A DNA stretch of 64,000 nt, from assembly GCA_002269645.1 (NCBI GenBank), contig NIVC01002434.1, forward strand, positions 62,001-126,000, read 5' to 3'. Both the position numbers and the translations under genes were made by a program. The stretch is from Macrostomum lignano. Lineage: Eukaryota. Shown piece after piece: positions 37,090 to 49,732 of the stretch (position 1 is its first letter; each line of letters begins with the position of its first letter). The notes beneath the pieces were generated by a model. The model was not told the DNA's origin, ran no database searches, and was given only the letters and a program-made list of their open reading frames with translations.

Positions 37090-38982
37090 TCATATTCGAC
37101 TGAAACCTCGGCCGGATCTCCGCGTATCGGCGTCGAAATCGTTGTCAAGGTGATCAGAGTTCCACCTGGCTCTGCCCAGCAGACTTCGAGCCTCTGTCCT
37201 GGCTTCCAGCGGCGCGTCGAACTCCTTCGAAGCGTGCGCCGGGGTTTCCTGAAGCTCCATGTTGGACGTTTCAACTGCGCCAGCCTGCTGGTGCGCGCGC
37301 TGTCCGCGGCTGACGACGGCCTCGTAGCAGTGCAGCAGAAGATCGATGAGCTCAACAATGGAAACCATCGTCAGGCCGATGAAGATAGACAGCAGGCCGC
37401 CAATTTGACTGAGAAACGAAGTCAAGGATAGAACCTCCTTCTCTTCGACTTTGTGCAGATCGAAATTCGGCCGGATCAGCTGCACGGACAGCAGGTTCCG
37501 TTCGAGGTGATCGACGCCGCGCAGCAGCTGGAAGGCTCCGGCGGGGTCGCCGGCGGACTGCAGCCTGATGGCCTCTCGGTAGTCGGCCAGCTCAAGACGG
37601 TCGCGCAGTCGCTTGTAGACTCGGCTCTGCAGCATCTGCAGCTGGAAGGACTTCGCTGGCCAGTCGGATGTCGATCGCTCAGTCTGGTAGCTGAAGAACG
37701 AGCAGGGCAGAGTGCAGGATGGCACGACGTCCTTGGCGTACTTTGAAATCACCTTCTTCTTGCACTTGATGTAGTGATAAACTCGTTCCAAAGCGGCTAC
37801 GCATCTTGCATGGAAATCGGGGCTCCAGTTGCAGCTGGTTTCGTTCATGAACTCTCGCAGGCCGGTGCAGTACGTGAAATTGGACGTCAGTACAAGGGGA
37901 TACTCGATGGCTTGACAGCCGCAGGTCTCTAGGATGTCGCGCTGGATTGTGACCTGCCTGCAGCTGTCCTCGCTGTAGCCGTACTCTGCGCCGAACAGAC
38001 TGAGCAGCTTGGGAGTTTCTGGCGAGCAGCGACCGTAGGGCGGCTGCTTTTGAACGTTCAGAACGTTTTTCAGCTTCACTTCGGTTAGAGAGCCGGACTT
38101 CAGGTGGATGGCCTCGTGGTTCATGTCCGGGTAGGTGTCGCCGGCGTGGATGGTGAATACTGCGCCCGATAGTTGCGTGCTGATGTCCATGGTGTAGCAG
38201 TCCACGCAGTTGAGATTCTCCAAGCTCCAAGCGTTGTCCAGGTAAATGGCCATCTCAACCATACTAGTACTGTTGCGCAGGTGCTCGCTTAGGTCCAAGG
38301 TGTAACAGTTCAGGTAGTTGCCGTGCACGAACGCTCTGAACGTCCCGGCCGAGGCGGAGTCGTCGATCGAGTCGCCGTAGTCGCGGCTGCAATAGTGCTG
38401 GTTGCGGGCGCTGCCGTTGCGCACAACGGCTCGACAGTCCAGAATGAAGTCGCGAAGCGAATGCCCCAGATCGGCCGCGCCAGCCGGCAGGCTCTCCAGG
38501 TAGGCGGCGAAGCCAAGCGAGCCGGAGAAGTTGTAGTACACGTGGCGAGTAGACAGGTTGTAGAAGTACATGTGCCTAGTGGCCAGCTCCACGGCGGTGG
38601 CGAATGCTCGCGGATATTTCCAACCCTGGCCGCGCAGACGCCGCTTGCCCTGCGAGGACAGGGGCCGCGCGTTGCACACGGTGACGGACGGGAAGGGCGA
38701 ATTGGCATCCTTGAGCACGCGAGGCGGGTGCATGACGTCGTACTCGATGAACTGCCGGATCAGCAGGCTCAGACAGAGCAGGCAGCTTGCGAACAGCAAG
38801 CCGACAAAGAAGGTCCAGAGCAGGCGAATGCGCCGACTATCCGACTTGACGATGCGCGGAATTCCTCGGATTGTGGTGTTCTCGCAGAACCGAATAAACT
38901 GACGGTGCAGCTCTTGGCTGAGTGGTCGCCGAACGGCTGCGACGACCTCAGGGCCGTCGCTATTGCTGCCGCAGAGCTGCAT
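37090..38982 (-). CDS. ENaC/DEG (ASIC/FaNaC superfamily) sodium channel subunit, 630 aa, intronless
   Basis: FCENTT.RG pre-TM1, TM1 (LLWTFFVGLLF..), FPSVTVCN, GNYLNCYT, Cys-rich thumb (PPYGRC, YSEDSC, CGC, CTLPC), TM2 (SQIGGLLSIFIGLTMVSIVE). Confidence 0.93.
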   Translation of the reverse strand: MQLCGSNSDGPEVVAAVRRPLSQELHRQFIRFCENTTIRGIPRIVKSDSRRIRLLWTFFVGLLFASCLLCLSLLIRQFIEYDVMHPPRVLKDANSPFPSVTVCNARPLSSQGKRRLRGQGWKYPRAFATAVELATRHMYFYNLSTRHVYYNFSGSLGFAAYLESLPAGAADLGHSLRDFILDCRAVVRNGSARNQHYCSRDYGDSIDDSASAGTFRAFVHGNYLNCYTLDLSEHLRNSTSMVEMAIYLDNAWSLENLNCVDCYTMDISTQLSGAVFTIHAGDTYPDMNHEAIHLKSGSLTEVKLKNVLNVQKQPPYGRCSPETPKLLSLFGAEYGYSEDSCRQVTIQRDILETCGCQAIEYPLVLTSNFTYCTGLREFMNETSCNWSPDFHARCVAALERVYHYIKCKKKVISKYAKDVVPSCTLPCSFFSYQTERSTSDWPAKSFQLQMLQSRVYKRLRDRLELADYREAIRLQSAGDPAGAFQLLRGVDHLERNLLSVQLIRPNFDLHKVEEKEVLSLTSFLSQIGGLLSIFIGLTMVSIVELIDLLLHCYEAVVSRGQRAHQQAGAVETSNMELQETPAHASKEFDAPLEARTEARSLLGRARWNSDHLDNDFDADTRRSGRGFSRI

Positions 38983-39904
38983 GCCTGTGAGGCTTTGTTG
39001 GTGCTTTGCTTTGTCGAGCCACTGGAGGTACGAGAAGACGCGCTAAGCTTCTGCTGCGGCTGCTGTCTCAAAAAAGCCGAGTGAGTTTGGCAAGTGAATT
39101 GCTGATTAGTCAGGTACTGACAGCCAATAAGAGCGGCTAAAAAAATGCATACAGTAGCCAAAGAAAAAGGACGAAATGATTGACAGAAAGTTGGGAGCCG
39201 GGGGGGAGGAGAGAAGCGAAAGGTGTTGCTTGGATGGGAGTGGAAGAGAAGCCTTCAAACAGTTTGTGAAATTTGAGTTGCAGCAGCTTCTGCGGGGGAG
39301 TTCACCGCGTCGCTGATAATACAAGGTACTTAGCCAAAGGTGTGTAGCAGGCCCATCACCTGTCCCCATACACACATTTCTATCCCTACACTCCCTGTAG
39401 CATATAGTTCCTTACCTGTTACACCTCGGCGCGTAGCCTCCAGTGTGAGGATATTGGGATATGCAATAGCCATCTTCCTTCACGTACCGCGCCATGCATC
39501 TCACCACCTCCTAATTTTCCCCTTTCTATACTCCAGAGATCCAGTTTTCCAGAGATTCCTTCCGCTATTTACAGGTGCTGGATCTGCTGAAATTTGCGAT
39601 AGACTATACCGTTTGGAAACCGATATGCTAGGAAACTTCCTATAGTTTACTTGTCAAGTATTTGGCTCGATTTTTCTTGAAAATAAGATGGAGGGTCGAA
39701 TTTCCGATGCGTCGAGGCAAAATCTGTAACGCACAGTTTCTCCTTGAGGGTTCATGAGATGAGAAATTTTGTTTGAGAATCTGCACTTTTGCCTGTTCTG
39801 CGCGGAAATCAATGAGCCACCTGAAGACTTTGTATCAAATTAACTATAAAACTATATTATTAGTCTGTTCAGGAGTATCCATTGGTACGTACGAGTCAGC
39901 ATCT

Positions 39905-40290
39905 CTCACTGAGTGTCCATCAAAGCCTCACTGAGTGTCCATCCAAGTCTCACTTAGAGTCCATCCAAGTCTCTCCGAGTGTCCATCCAAGTCTCTCCGA
40001 GTGTCCATCCAAGTCTCTCCGAGTGTCCATCCAAGTCTCTCTGAGTGTCCTACCAAGTCTCACTGAGTGTCCATCAAAGCCTCACTGAGTGTCCATCCAA
40101 GTCTCTCTGAGTGTCCTACCAAGTCTCACTGAGTGTCCATCAAAGCCTCACTGAGTGTCCATCAAAGTCTCACTGAGTGTCCACCCAAATCTCACTGAGT
40201 GTCCATCCAAGTCTCACTGAGTGTCCATCCGAGTCTCACTGAGTGTCCATCCGAGTCTCACTGAGTGTCCATCCAAGTCTGACTGAGTGT
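39905..40290. repeat. 22-bp minisatellite ctcactgagtgtccatccaagt
   Basis: About 17 imperfect copies. Confidence 0.92.
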
Positions 40291-40754
40291 CTATTCTGGA
40301 CGTAAACCTGTTAAATAAAAAAATCAACAGTCAAATATTCAGCACGCACACAGACTCAACTACTGCAAGTAGAAATTTGAGCTCCCGCAGAGACAAATGG
40401 ATGTAAATATTATAATTTCAACACTGATCCCATAATGAAGCATCCTCGCTGATTGGATCAGCAGTACACCCAGTATCCTTCCAATCAATGATCGTGTGGG
40501 CAAGTCAATGACCGTCTTTTCCATCTATATGATTTGAGCTGGTAGCAACGCGAGAGGCCCAAGGTAACTTAGCACAGAAACCCGTAAAAGCATATATGAC
40601 ACTAACCTGACCACCGTCTAATCTGAAAACAGCTTTATGGTGAGTACCTGCCGTACTTGATTTGGAGCATAATAATTACTTGTCGTTTTTCTACTTTTAC
40701 CAGTATAACTGCATTAATTGAGTTCGTACAGCATGGCCTCCTAACTCATTGGCT

Positions 40755-42090
40755 ACAATGGATTGCTAATCTATAGCCATATCTGCTGGGTGAAGGAACA
40801 GAATGGATTGCTAATCTATAGCCATATCTGCTGGGTGAAGGAACAGAATGGATTGCTAATCTATAGCCATATCTGCTGGGTGAAGGAACAGAATGGATTG
40901 CTAATCTATAGCCATATCTGCTGGGTGAAGGAACAGAATGGATTGCTAATCTATAGCCATTTCTGCTGGGTGAAGGAACAGAATGGATTGCTAATCTATA
41001 GCCATTTCTGCTGGGTGAAGGAACAGAATGGATTGCTAATCTATAGCCATATCTGCTGGGTGAAGGAACAGAATGGATTGCTAATCTATAGCCATATCTG
41101 CTGGGTGAAGGAACAGAATGGATTGCTAATCTATAGCCGTATCTACTGGGTGAAGGAACAGAATGGATTGCTAATCTATAGCCATATCTGCTGGGTGAAG
41201 GAACAGAATAGATTGCTAATCTATAGCCCATATCTGCTGGATGAAGGAACAGAATGGATTGCTAATCTATAGCCATATCTGCTGGGTGAAGGAACAGAAT
41301 GGATTGCTAATCTATAGCCATATCTGCTGGGTGAAGGAACAGAATGGATTGCTAATCTATAGCCATATCTGCTGGGTGAAGGAACAGAATGGATTGCTAA
41401 TCTATAGCCATATCTGCTGGGTGAAGGAACAGAATGGATTGCTAATCTATAGCCATATCTGCTGGATGAAGGAACAGAATGGATTGCTAATCTATAGCCA
41501 TATCTGCTGGGTGAAGGAACAGAATGGATTGCTAATCTATAGCCATATCTGCTGGATGAAGGAACAGAATGGATTGCTAATCTATAGCCATATCTGCTGG
41601 GTGAAGGAACAGAATGGATTGCTAATCTATAGCCATATCTGCTGGGTGAAGGAACAGAATGGATTGCTAATCTATAGCCATATCTGCTGGGTGAAGGAAC
41701 AGAATGGATTGCTAATCTATAGCCATATCTGCTGGGTGAAGGAACAGAATGGATTGCTAATCTATAGCCATATCTGCTGGGTGAAGGAACAGAATGGATT
41801 GCTAATCTATAGCCATATCTGCTGGATGAAGGAACAGAATGGATTGCTAATCTATAGCCATATCTGCTGGGTGAAGGAACAGAATGGATTGCTAATCTAT
41901 AGCCATATCTCCTGGGTTAAGGAACAGAATGGATTGCTAATCTATAGCCATATCTGCTGGGTGAAGGAACAGAATGGATTGCTAATCTATAGCCATATCT
42001 GCTGGGTGAAGGAACAGAATGATTTGCTAATCTATAGCCATATCTGCTGGGTGAAGGAACAGAATGGATTGCTAATCTATAATCATATCT
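40755..42090. repeat. 45-bp minisatellite aatggattgctaatctatagccatatctgctgggtgaaggaacag, about 30 copies
   Basis: Highly homogeneous unit. Confidence 0.97.
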
Positions 42091-42557
42091 CGTAAATCCA
42101 GTAACCTGAACTTAGTCGCATTCCTTAGCTTATTAGATTTTTAGAATTTTTATTAGCTAACAGTTTTTAGCTGTAGTTTGAACTTCAGCAGTACAGAGAC
42201 GGAAGTCAGCTAAGCTTAATATATGTTTTCTACAGTGCAGCAAGTCCCATATTCTGGCAGCCAGGCAGCCTCAGGAAGAATTCGTGTTGGCATTTGTCAA
42301 GCGAGTCGATTTGTCAAAGCAGGCAGTGCATTGTAATGAATTATTGAGCTGTGAGGCTGCTGGTGGGTTGTTGAAGCCGCAGCCGTCATTTTATGACGAA
42401 TTCTCAGCCGTATCAGCAGACTGCAGCCCTTTATCGTTATCCTTGCAGGATGTGCACTTTTAAAGTTTTATATACCTAACTGTATTTATACCAGACTCAC
42501 ACGGGCGCACTTAAGATCTGTGACTTCAGGTCAGCAAGGTGAATCTGGAACAGAAAA

Positions 42558-44067
<1,510 letters not shown>

Positions 44068-44449
44068 CTCCTCTTCTTTTCTCTCCTCTACCATTTCTTA
44101 ATATTTCCATAATAAACGCAAATTTAACTTTGATAAACTCCGTATTGAAAGAGTCAGCAACTGATAGCATTGAAGTTGGGTTTGGTGTGTGCGAACGGCA
44201 CAGGCCTATCGAGTTACTTTAGTAGGGCCCTGACCAAGGTCATTAAAGATCCCGGATCCGCGCTATCAGGTAACAATGGTGAGCCGGCATGGCTCATTAG
44301 ATGCGAGCGTTTTATGCAAGAGTTTACTCATGTGCTATTGAAGGGCAATGCAGGCACCCTGTAGCACTTAACTGCATCTTGATTGGATCAGTCTAGGGAA
44401 GGAATTGTATAGTTTGGATTGCTTCTTTAAATAACCGATAGCTAATTAG

Positions 44450-44985
<536 letters not shown>

Positions 44986-45317
44986 GACTTATTTACATAG
45001 CTATTCAGCTAAAAAATGAAATTCCCAATAGGAATTAGCAGCACTTGTTTCCGCCATCCCCCTGCCCGGCCTCAGGCGTGGGATCGCTGCGGACTGGCGG
45101 CGGGGGTCGGACCGCAGTTGCATATTTTCTGGTATCGCGGTGTCGGCTTTTGCAGGCTTGAGAGGAAATAAATTATTAATATTTTTGTTGTAGTTGAGCG
45201 GCTAAATTTTCTCTGCTTTTGCCGGAACTGAATATTTTGCATGATTAGACGGCTCTAGGAGAATATAAGTATGTGGAATACTTCTACTACTGATAAAATT
45301 TAGCTACTTCACGTTTT

Positions 45318-45640
45318 AAAATCGGCGCCACTTTGTGTCAGAATCGGCGCCACCGTGTGTCAGAATCGGCGCCACTGTGTATCAGAATCGGCGCCACTTT
45401 GTGTCAGAATCGGCGCCACTGTGTATCAGAATCGGCGCTATTTTGTGTCAGAATCGGCGCCACCGAGTGTCAGAATCGGCGCCACTTTGTATCAGAATCG
45501 GCGCCACTGTGTATCTGAATCGGCGCCACCGTGTATCAGAATCGGCGCCTCCGTGTGTCAGAATAGGAGCCACCGTTTGTCAGAATCGGCGCCACTTTGT
45601 ATCAGGATCGGCAGCACCGTTTGTCAGAATCGGCGCCTAA
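45318..45640. repeat. About 21-22-bp minisatellite gtgtcagaatcggcgccact
   Basis: About 14 copies. Confidence 0.92.
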
Positions 45641-46339
45641 TAGTTTCTACATGTACTTTATTGTTGATATGTAGTTGTCAGGGTGACATGGCCTTCACAC
45701 TTTATTCTCGTCTTGTGCTCTCCTTTTCGGTTTAGTACAGTTGGAAGTGGAAATTTTAATTTTTAAGTGCCTTTTATTCATTGGACAAAAAGTTTATCAA
45801 GTCCTTTAAAATTTGGTATGGCTCTACTGCAGCTTTGGTAATTGAAAATGTCAAGAGACTTTTCTATTGTTTGTAAAACATCCAATCCTATAGATATTAT
45901 TTATTCATACTTAAATCAGCTTGCAGCTAATCAAGTTGCAAATTGTCATTAAAAGTTACCAAAAGTCCAATTAAAGTGCATCATAGTCTGTGCAAGTAGC
46001 AGACTCATTCGTTTGTGTGCTTTTGTGCTATGCCCAGCTCTGAGAAGCGCTCTGATTGGCGGCTAATTTGCACTTGAACTGGCTATTTTTGGCAGATAAA
46101 CTGAATTTAATACACTTTAGATGAGGCTATGTTGAACTTGAGTTGGATATTGTGCTATACCTTGACAGGAAAACCTATATATTCGCTTTAATTGGGCAAG
46201 ATAAGAAAGTCACAAGGCGAAGATGTACAGCACCCCTTGTGCGCGTGCGTGCTCAGGGGTCAGTGGAATGGGGGTGGGGCTAGCTAGCTAACTGCAGATA
46301 ATTGCCTTCTCGATTGGCCCAAATGTACATTCTCTCTTA

Positions 46340-47899
46340 TTGATAAGCAGGCTGGTCGCAGCTATAAAGCCGGTAGAACCAGATAATGTTAAGAAACGTT
46401 TTTCCTCCGACGCGTCTACTATGGAGTCGCATCGACCAGAACTGAAAACGGTGGCCCATTCGGCACCAGTCAAACTTCTGTTGCTATGCAATGAGGCCAT
46501 GCGGAAGCGATGCCAGTGTCTGGCCGGGCTGCTCCAGTCCGCTGCCTGCCACGATCGTCGGCTCCTAACTGTCCAATTGAAATGCGTCACCTTTGCGGAG
46601 ACTGACAATGGCGATGGAGCATTCTCGATGTCGGCGAAGACGTACTTGCAGCTGGAGAGCACCGATGTTGTGCTCTGCATGCTCCGGGTCGGCCGGGTGC
46701 AGGTGGCGGCGTGGCGCCAGCTCGTTGACATGCTGGCGGCGCGACAGGCTCGCTTTCGCGCCGTCAAGAACGACAGAAATCAACATCCGGTGATGCTCCT
46801 CCAGTGCTGCGGCGCCGCCTACGCTGTGGACGAAGTTTCCGAGAAAACGGCTCCGGACACGGACCCGAGCTCGGTGGATTGGCGGCTTCGAAGTTGGCTG
46901 GCCGGTCACGCCAACTGCCAGCCAGACGATCTCGCCAGCGTCAGCGTCGACAACAGCAGCGCCGGGAAGGCACTGCGTCACCGACTGTTTGGCAGGCGCT
47001 ATCGAATTCAGGTCGAGTTCGCTGACTACGCCTGCGCCGCTTCGTCGATGCCTCGGCGGCATTCGCTCTATCGACTCACCAGCGGTCGAGCAGCTGCCGA
47101 CGGAGGCTGCAGCCCCCAGGCCGTCGTCAAGCGGTGCCTCTCCCTGGACGACCAACTGGACAGTAGTGCGCTGGACGAGTCGGGCTACTGCTGCTTCAAC
47201 AGCACCAACAACGAAGACAAGCTGGCAGTTGAGCACAAGCAGCAGTTGTTCCATTTGGATTTCATCAAACCAGCTGGCGCAGCAGCTACGCTGGTGATCG
47301 CTGCCACCAGGTCGTGCTCCGTAGAAGCGGAACTCTGCTTGAACAATCTCAATAGTCGTGGACACCGCGCCTTGTTCATTGACGCATTCGCCGCTTCATT
47401 GCAGAACAAGGGACTGCAGCCGCAACCGCCGCAGCCACAGCAGAGACGGATGTCAACTTTGCGTCTGTTGCTGAGTGGCCGACGTCGCAATGATCCAGTC
47501 GTTCAGCTGGCCGACACTCTGGCCCAGCTGACGCCTCAGTCGGCTAGCGGAGTCGTTCTTCTGTTGTTCTGCCGTCGGCATCGAAGTCGCCTACTGGCGG
47601 AGCTTCTCCGCTGCGCTGCTCAACCGGAATCGAAGTTGACCGCCCTGCCGCAAGCCGTCTTCGTTGCCATCGTTGGTCCCGTGACCGAAGTGGAGTCTCA
47701 GCAGCTGCGACAGCTGGGCAACTGCAATGATCTGCTTCGCTGCCAGCTGGACGTGATCTGCTGTCCGGAGGGTCTGGCCGGTCAGCGGGTGTTGAGCTGC
47801 CTGGTGCCCGGACTCGCCGCCATGCTCCGACAGTTGGAAGTGGCGGCTGCTGCCGCCCACCGACCCTGCAAGTTCAGAGCAGATCGAAAAATGCCTTAA
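46340..47899 (+). CDS. Uncharacterised alpha/beta protein (about 490-519 aa), single coding exon
   Basis: Long GC-rich ORF in AT-rich flanks. Candidate acceptor AG at 46349-46350 and first in-frame ATG at 46421. No family was recognised with confidence. Confidence 0.7.
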   Translation: MISRLVAAIKPVEPDNVKKRFSSDASTMESHRPELKTVAHSAPVKLLLLCNEAMRKRCQCLAGLLQSAACHDRRLLTVQLKCVTFAETDNGDGAFSMSAKTYLQLESTDVVLCMLRVGRVQVAAWRQLVDMLAARQARFRAVKNDRNQHPVMLLQCCGAAYAVDEVSEKTAPDTDPSSVDWRLRSWLAGHANCQPDDLASVSVDNSSAGKALRHRLFGRRYRIQVEFADYACAASSMPRRHSLYRLTSGRAAADGGCSPQAVVKRCLSLDDQLDSSALDESGYCCFNSTNNEDKLAVEHKQQLFHLDFIKPAGAAATLVIAATRSCSVEAELCLNNLNSRGHRALFIDAFAASLQNKGLQPQPPQPQQRRMSTLRLLLSGRRRNDPVVQLADTLAQLTPQSASGVVLLLFCRRHRSRLLAELLRCAAQPESKLTALPQAVFVAIVGPVTEVESQQLRQLGNCNDLLRCQLDVICCPEGLAGQRVLSCLVPGLAAMLRQLEVAAAAAHRPCKFRADRKMP

Positions 47900-48223
47900 T
47901 TAATAGCTTTGATTTTTAACAAAAAATGATGATGATAGCATTTTTATCACCTAAAATTTGGCTCAATAAAATATGTTTGTCTTCGACGATAGTGATTTTT
48001 ACCCTTCGCAGAAGTTCAATTCAACTAAAGAAAGTAGTGCGTAGATTGTTAACACATTTTTTGTTAGAAATGACCCACTCTGTGGCCAAATCTATCTTAT
48101 TATATTGACTATAATAAAATGTGTGATGCTATATAGGTTGATTGGAATATTGAAAAATTGGCTCCGATGAATAGCAATATACCCATCACTGGTTCTACAA
48201 TACCGTCTCAGTTTAATATGAAT

Positions 48224-48352
48224 TTAGCGGCCGTCTCCCGAGACCCCGAAAACCCCGGGGTTTGGGCCACAGACACCAGAACACCAGCTGCTGCTGAAGC
48301 TATAGTCTATGGTCTGAACCCTGGGGTTTTCACTCTGCGGCCAGATGGCTGA
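48224..48352. mobile_element. Small MITE (about 130-150 bp, about 28-bp subterminal IRs); second copy at about 55292-55445
   Basis: gaaaaccccggggtttgggccacagac and gtctatggtctgaaccctggggttttc are inverted. Both copies start ttagcggccgt. Confidence 0.75.
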
Positions 48353-48819
48353 AGTGGCCTATGTAGGAGTGTATTGAATCTGTGATGCCGAAAGCTTTGC
48401 ATCAAGTGAGGATTTACGAATGTCACTTTCGTGCTTCAATCTTAGAATCTAAACTGTAGGATTCAAGACTTGAAGGCGGTATAGTTAGGGATAAGCCTCT
48501 AGAAATTAGTCTAAAAAGATAAAGAGAATTAATTCAATTTTCTTTGCTAGCTCCGCGCAAAACTAAGAAGGTTGGCAGTGGGGACTTGGGAGCAGAAAGT
48601 GGCTCATAGATCTGGCCAGTTGCCTAATTTGGGAAGACGGTTAGGGTTCCTGCGGGAGCTGCAAGTCAACTGCATCAAATTTGGACTTTTGCTTTTGATA
48701 CTCTTCTTGTATGGGAGCAAGAGTTTTTTATACACTGGCGAGTTTTAGGCTAAAAAATATAGCTTATCTTGCTTTTTCTGCTTCTAAATAAATGGCCAAT
48801 GTAGTTAATAAGGTGAAAA

Positions 48820-49500
48820 AGTAGCTAGGTTTGATGAGGTGCAAGAGTAGGTTTGATGAGGCGCTTAAGTAGGTTTGATGAGGCGCCAAAGTACGAGCGT
48901 AGGTTTGATGAGGCTCCAAGATAGGTTTGATGAGGCTCCAAGATAGGTTTGGTGAGGCTCCAAGATAGGTTTGATGAGGCGCCAAAGTAGGCTTGGTGAG
49001 GCGCCAAGATAGGTTTGATGAGGCGCCAAAGTAGGCTTGGTGAGGCGCCAAGATAGGTTTGATGAGGCGCCAAAGTAGGCTTGGTGAGGCGCCAAAGTAG
49101 GCTTGGTGAGGCGCCAAGATAGGTTTGATGAGGCGCCAAAGTAGGTTTGGTGAGGCGCCAAGATAGGTTTGATGAGGCGCCAAAGTAGGTTTGATGAGGC
49201 GCCAAAGTAGGTTTGGTGAGGCGCCAAGATAGGTTTGATGAGGCGCCAAAGTAGGCTTGGTGAGGCGCCAAGATAGGTTTGATGAGGCGCCAAAGTAGGC
49301 TTGGTGAGGCGCCAAAGTAGGCTTGGTGAGGCGCCAAAGTAGGCTTGATGAGGCGCCAAAGTAGGCTTGGTGAGGCGCCAAGATAGGTTTGATGAGGCGC
49401 CAAAGTAGGCTTGGTGAGGCGCCAAAGTAGGCTTGGTGAGGCGCCAAAGTAGGCTTGGTGAGGCGCCAAAGTAGGCTTGATGAGGCGCCAAAGTAGGTTT
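48820..49500. repeat. 22-bp minisatellite aggtttgatgaggcgccaaagt/aggcttggtgaggcgccaagat
   Basis: About 30 copies of alternating variants. Confidence 0.95.
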
Positions 49501-49732
49501 TTGGTTCCCCATAATGTATTTTTGTAGTTTCGGCATGTTCTTCATATTGCAAAGTATTGTTCTGGCGTTCAAAAAGTATCTTAGAAACGTGATGTCTGTA
49601 TACAACGGTAAAAAGAGGGCAATAAAAGTACAATAATGAATGCATCTCAGCTGGTGGCCCAGGCGGCTTACTCGTGCAAATTCAATATATGCTCAAAATT
49701 TACAGTAGTACACTTTGTACTTTCAATTCTAG

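Noticed and set aside
37150-39161. Overlapping alternative-frame and antisense ORFs across the ENaC, gag/pol, ORF519 and GPCR regions
   Set aside because: Shadow ORFs of GC-rich coding sequence with no recognisable motifs.
40746-42095. Repetitive ORFs NGLLIYSHICWVKEQ / GYRLAIHSVPSPSR
   Set aside because: Products of a 45-bp satellite whose period is divisible by 3. No splice or non-repeat coding context.
48764-49645. 200-290-aa minus-strand ORFs upstream of the GPCR
   Set aside because: Derived from the 22-bp minisatellite.
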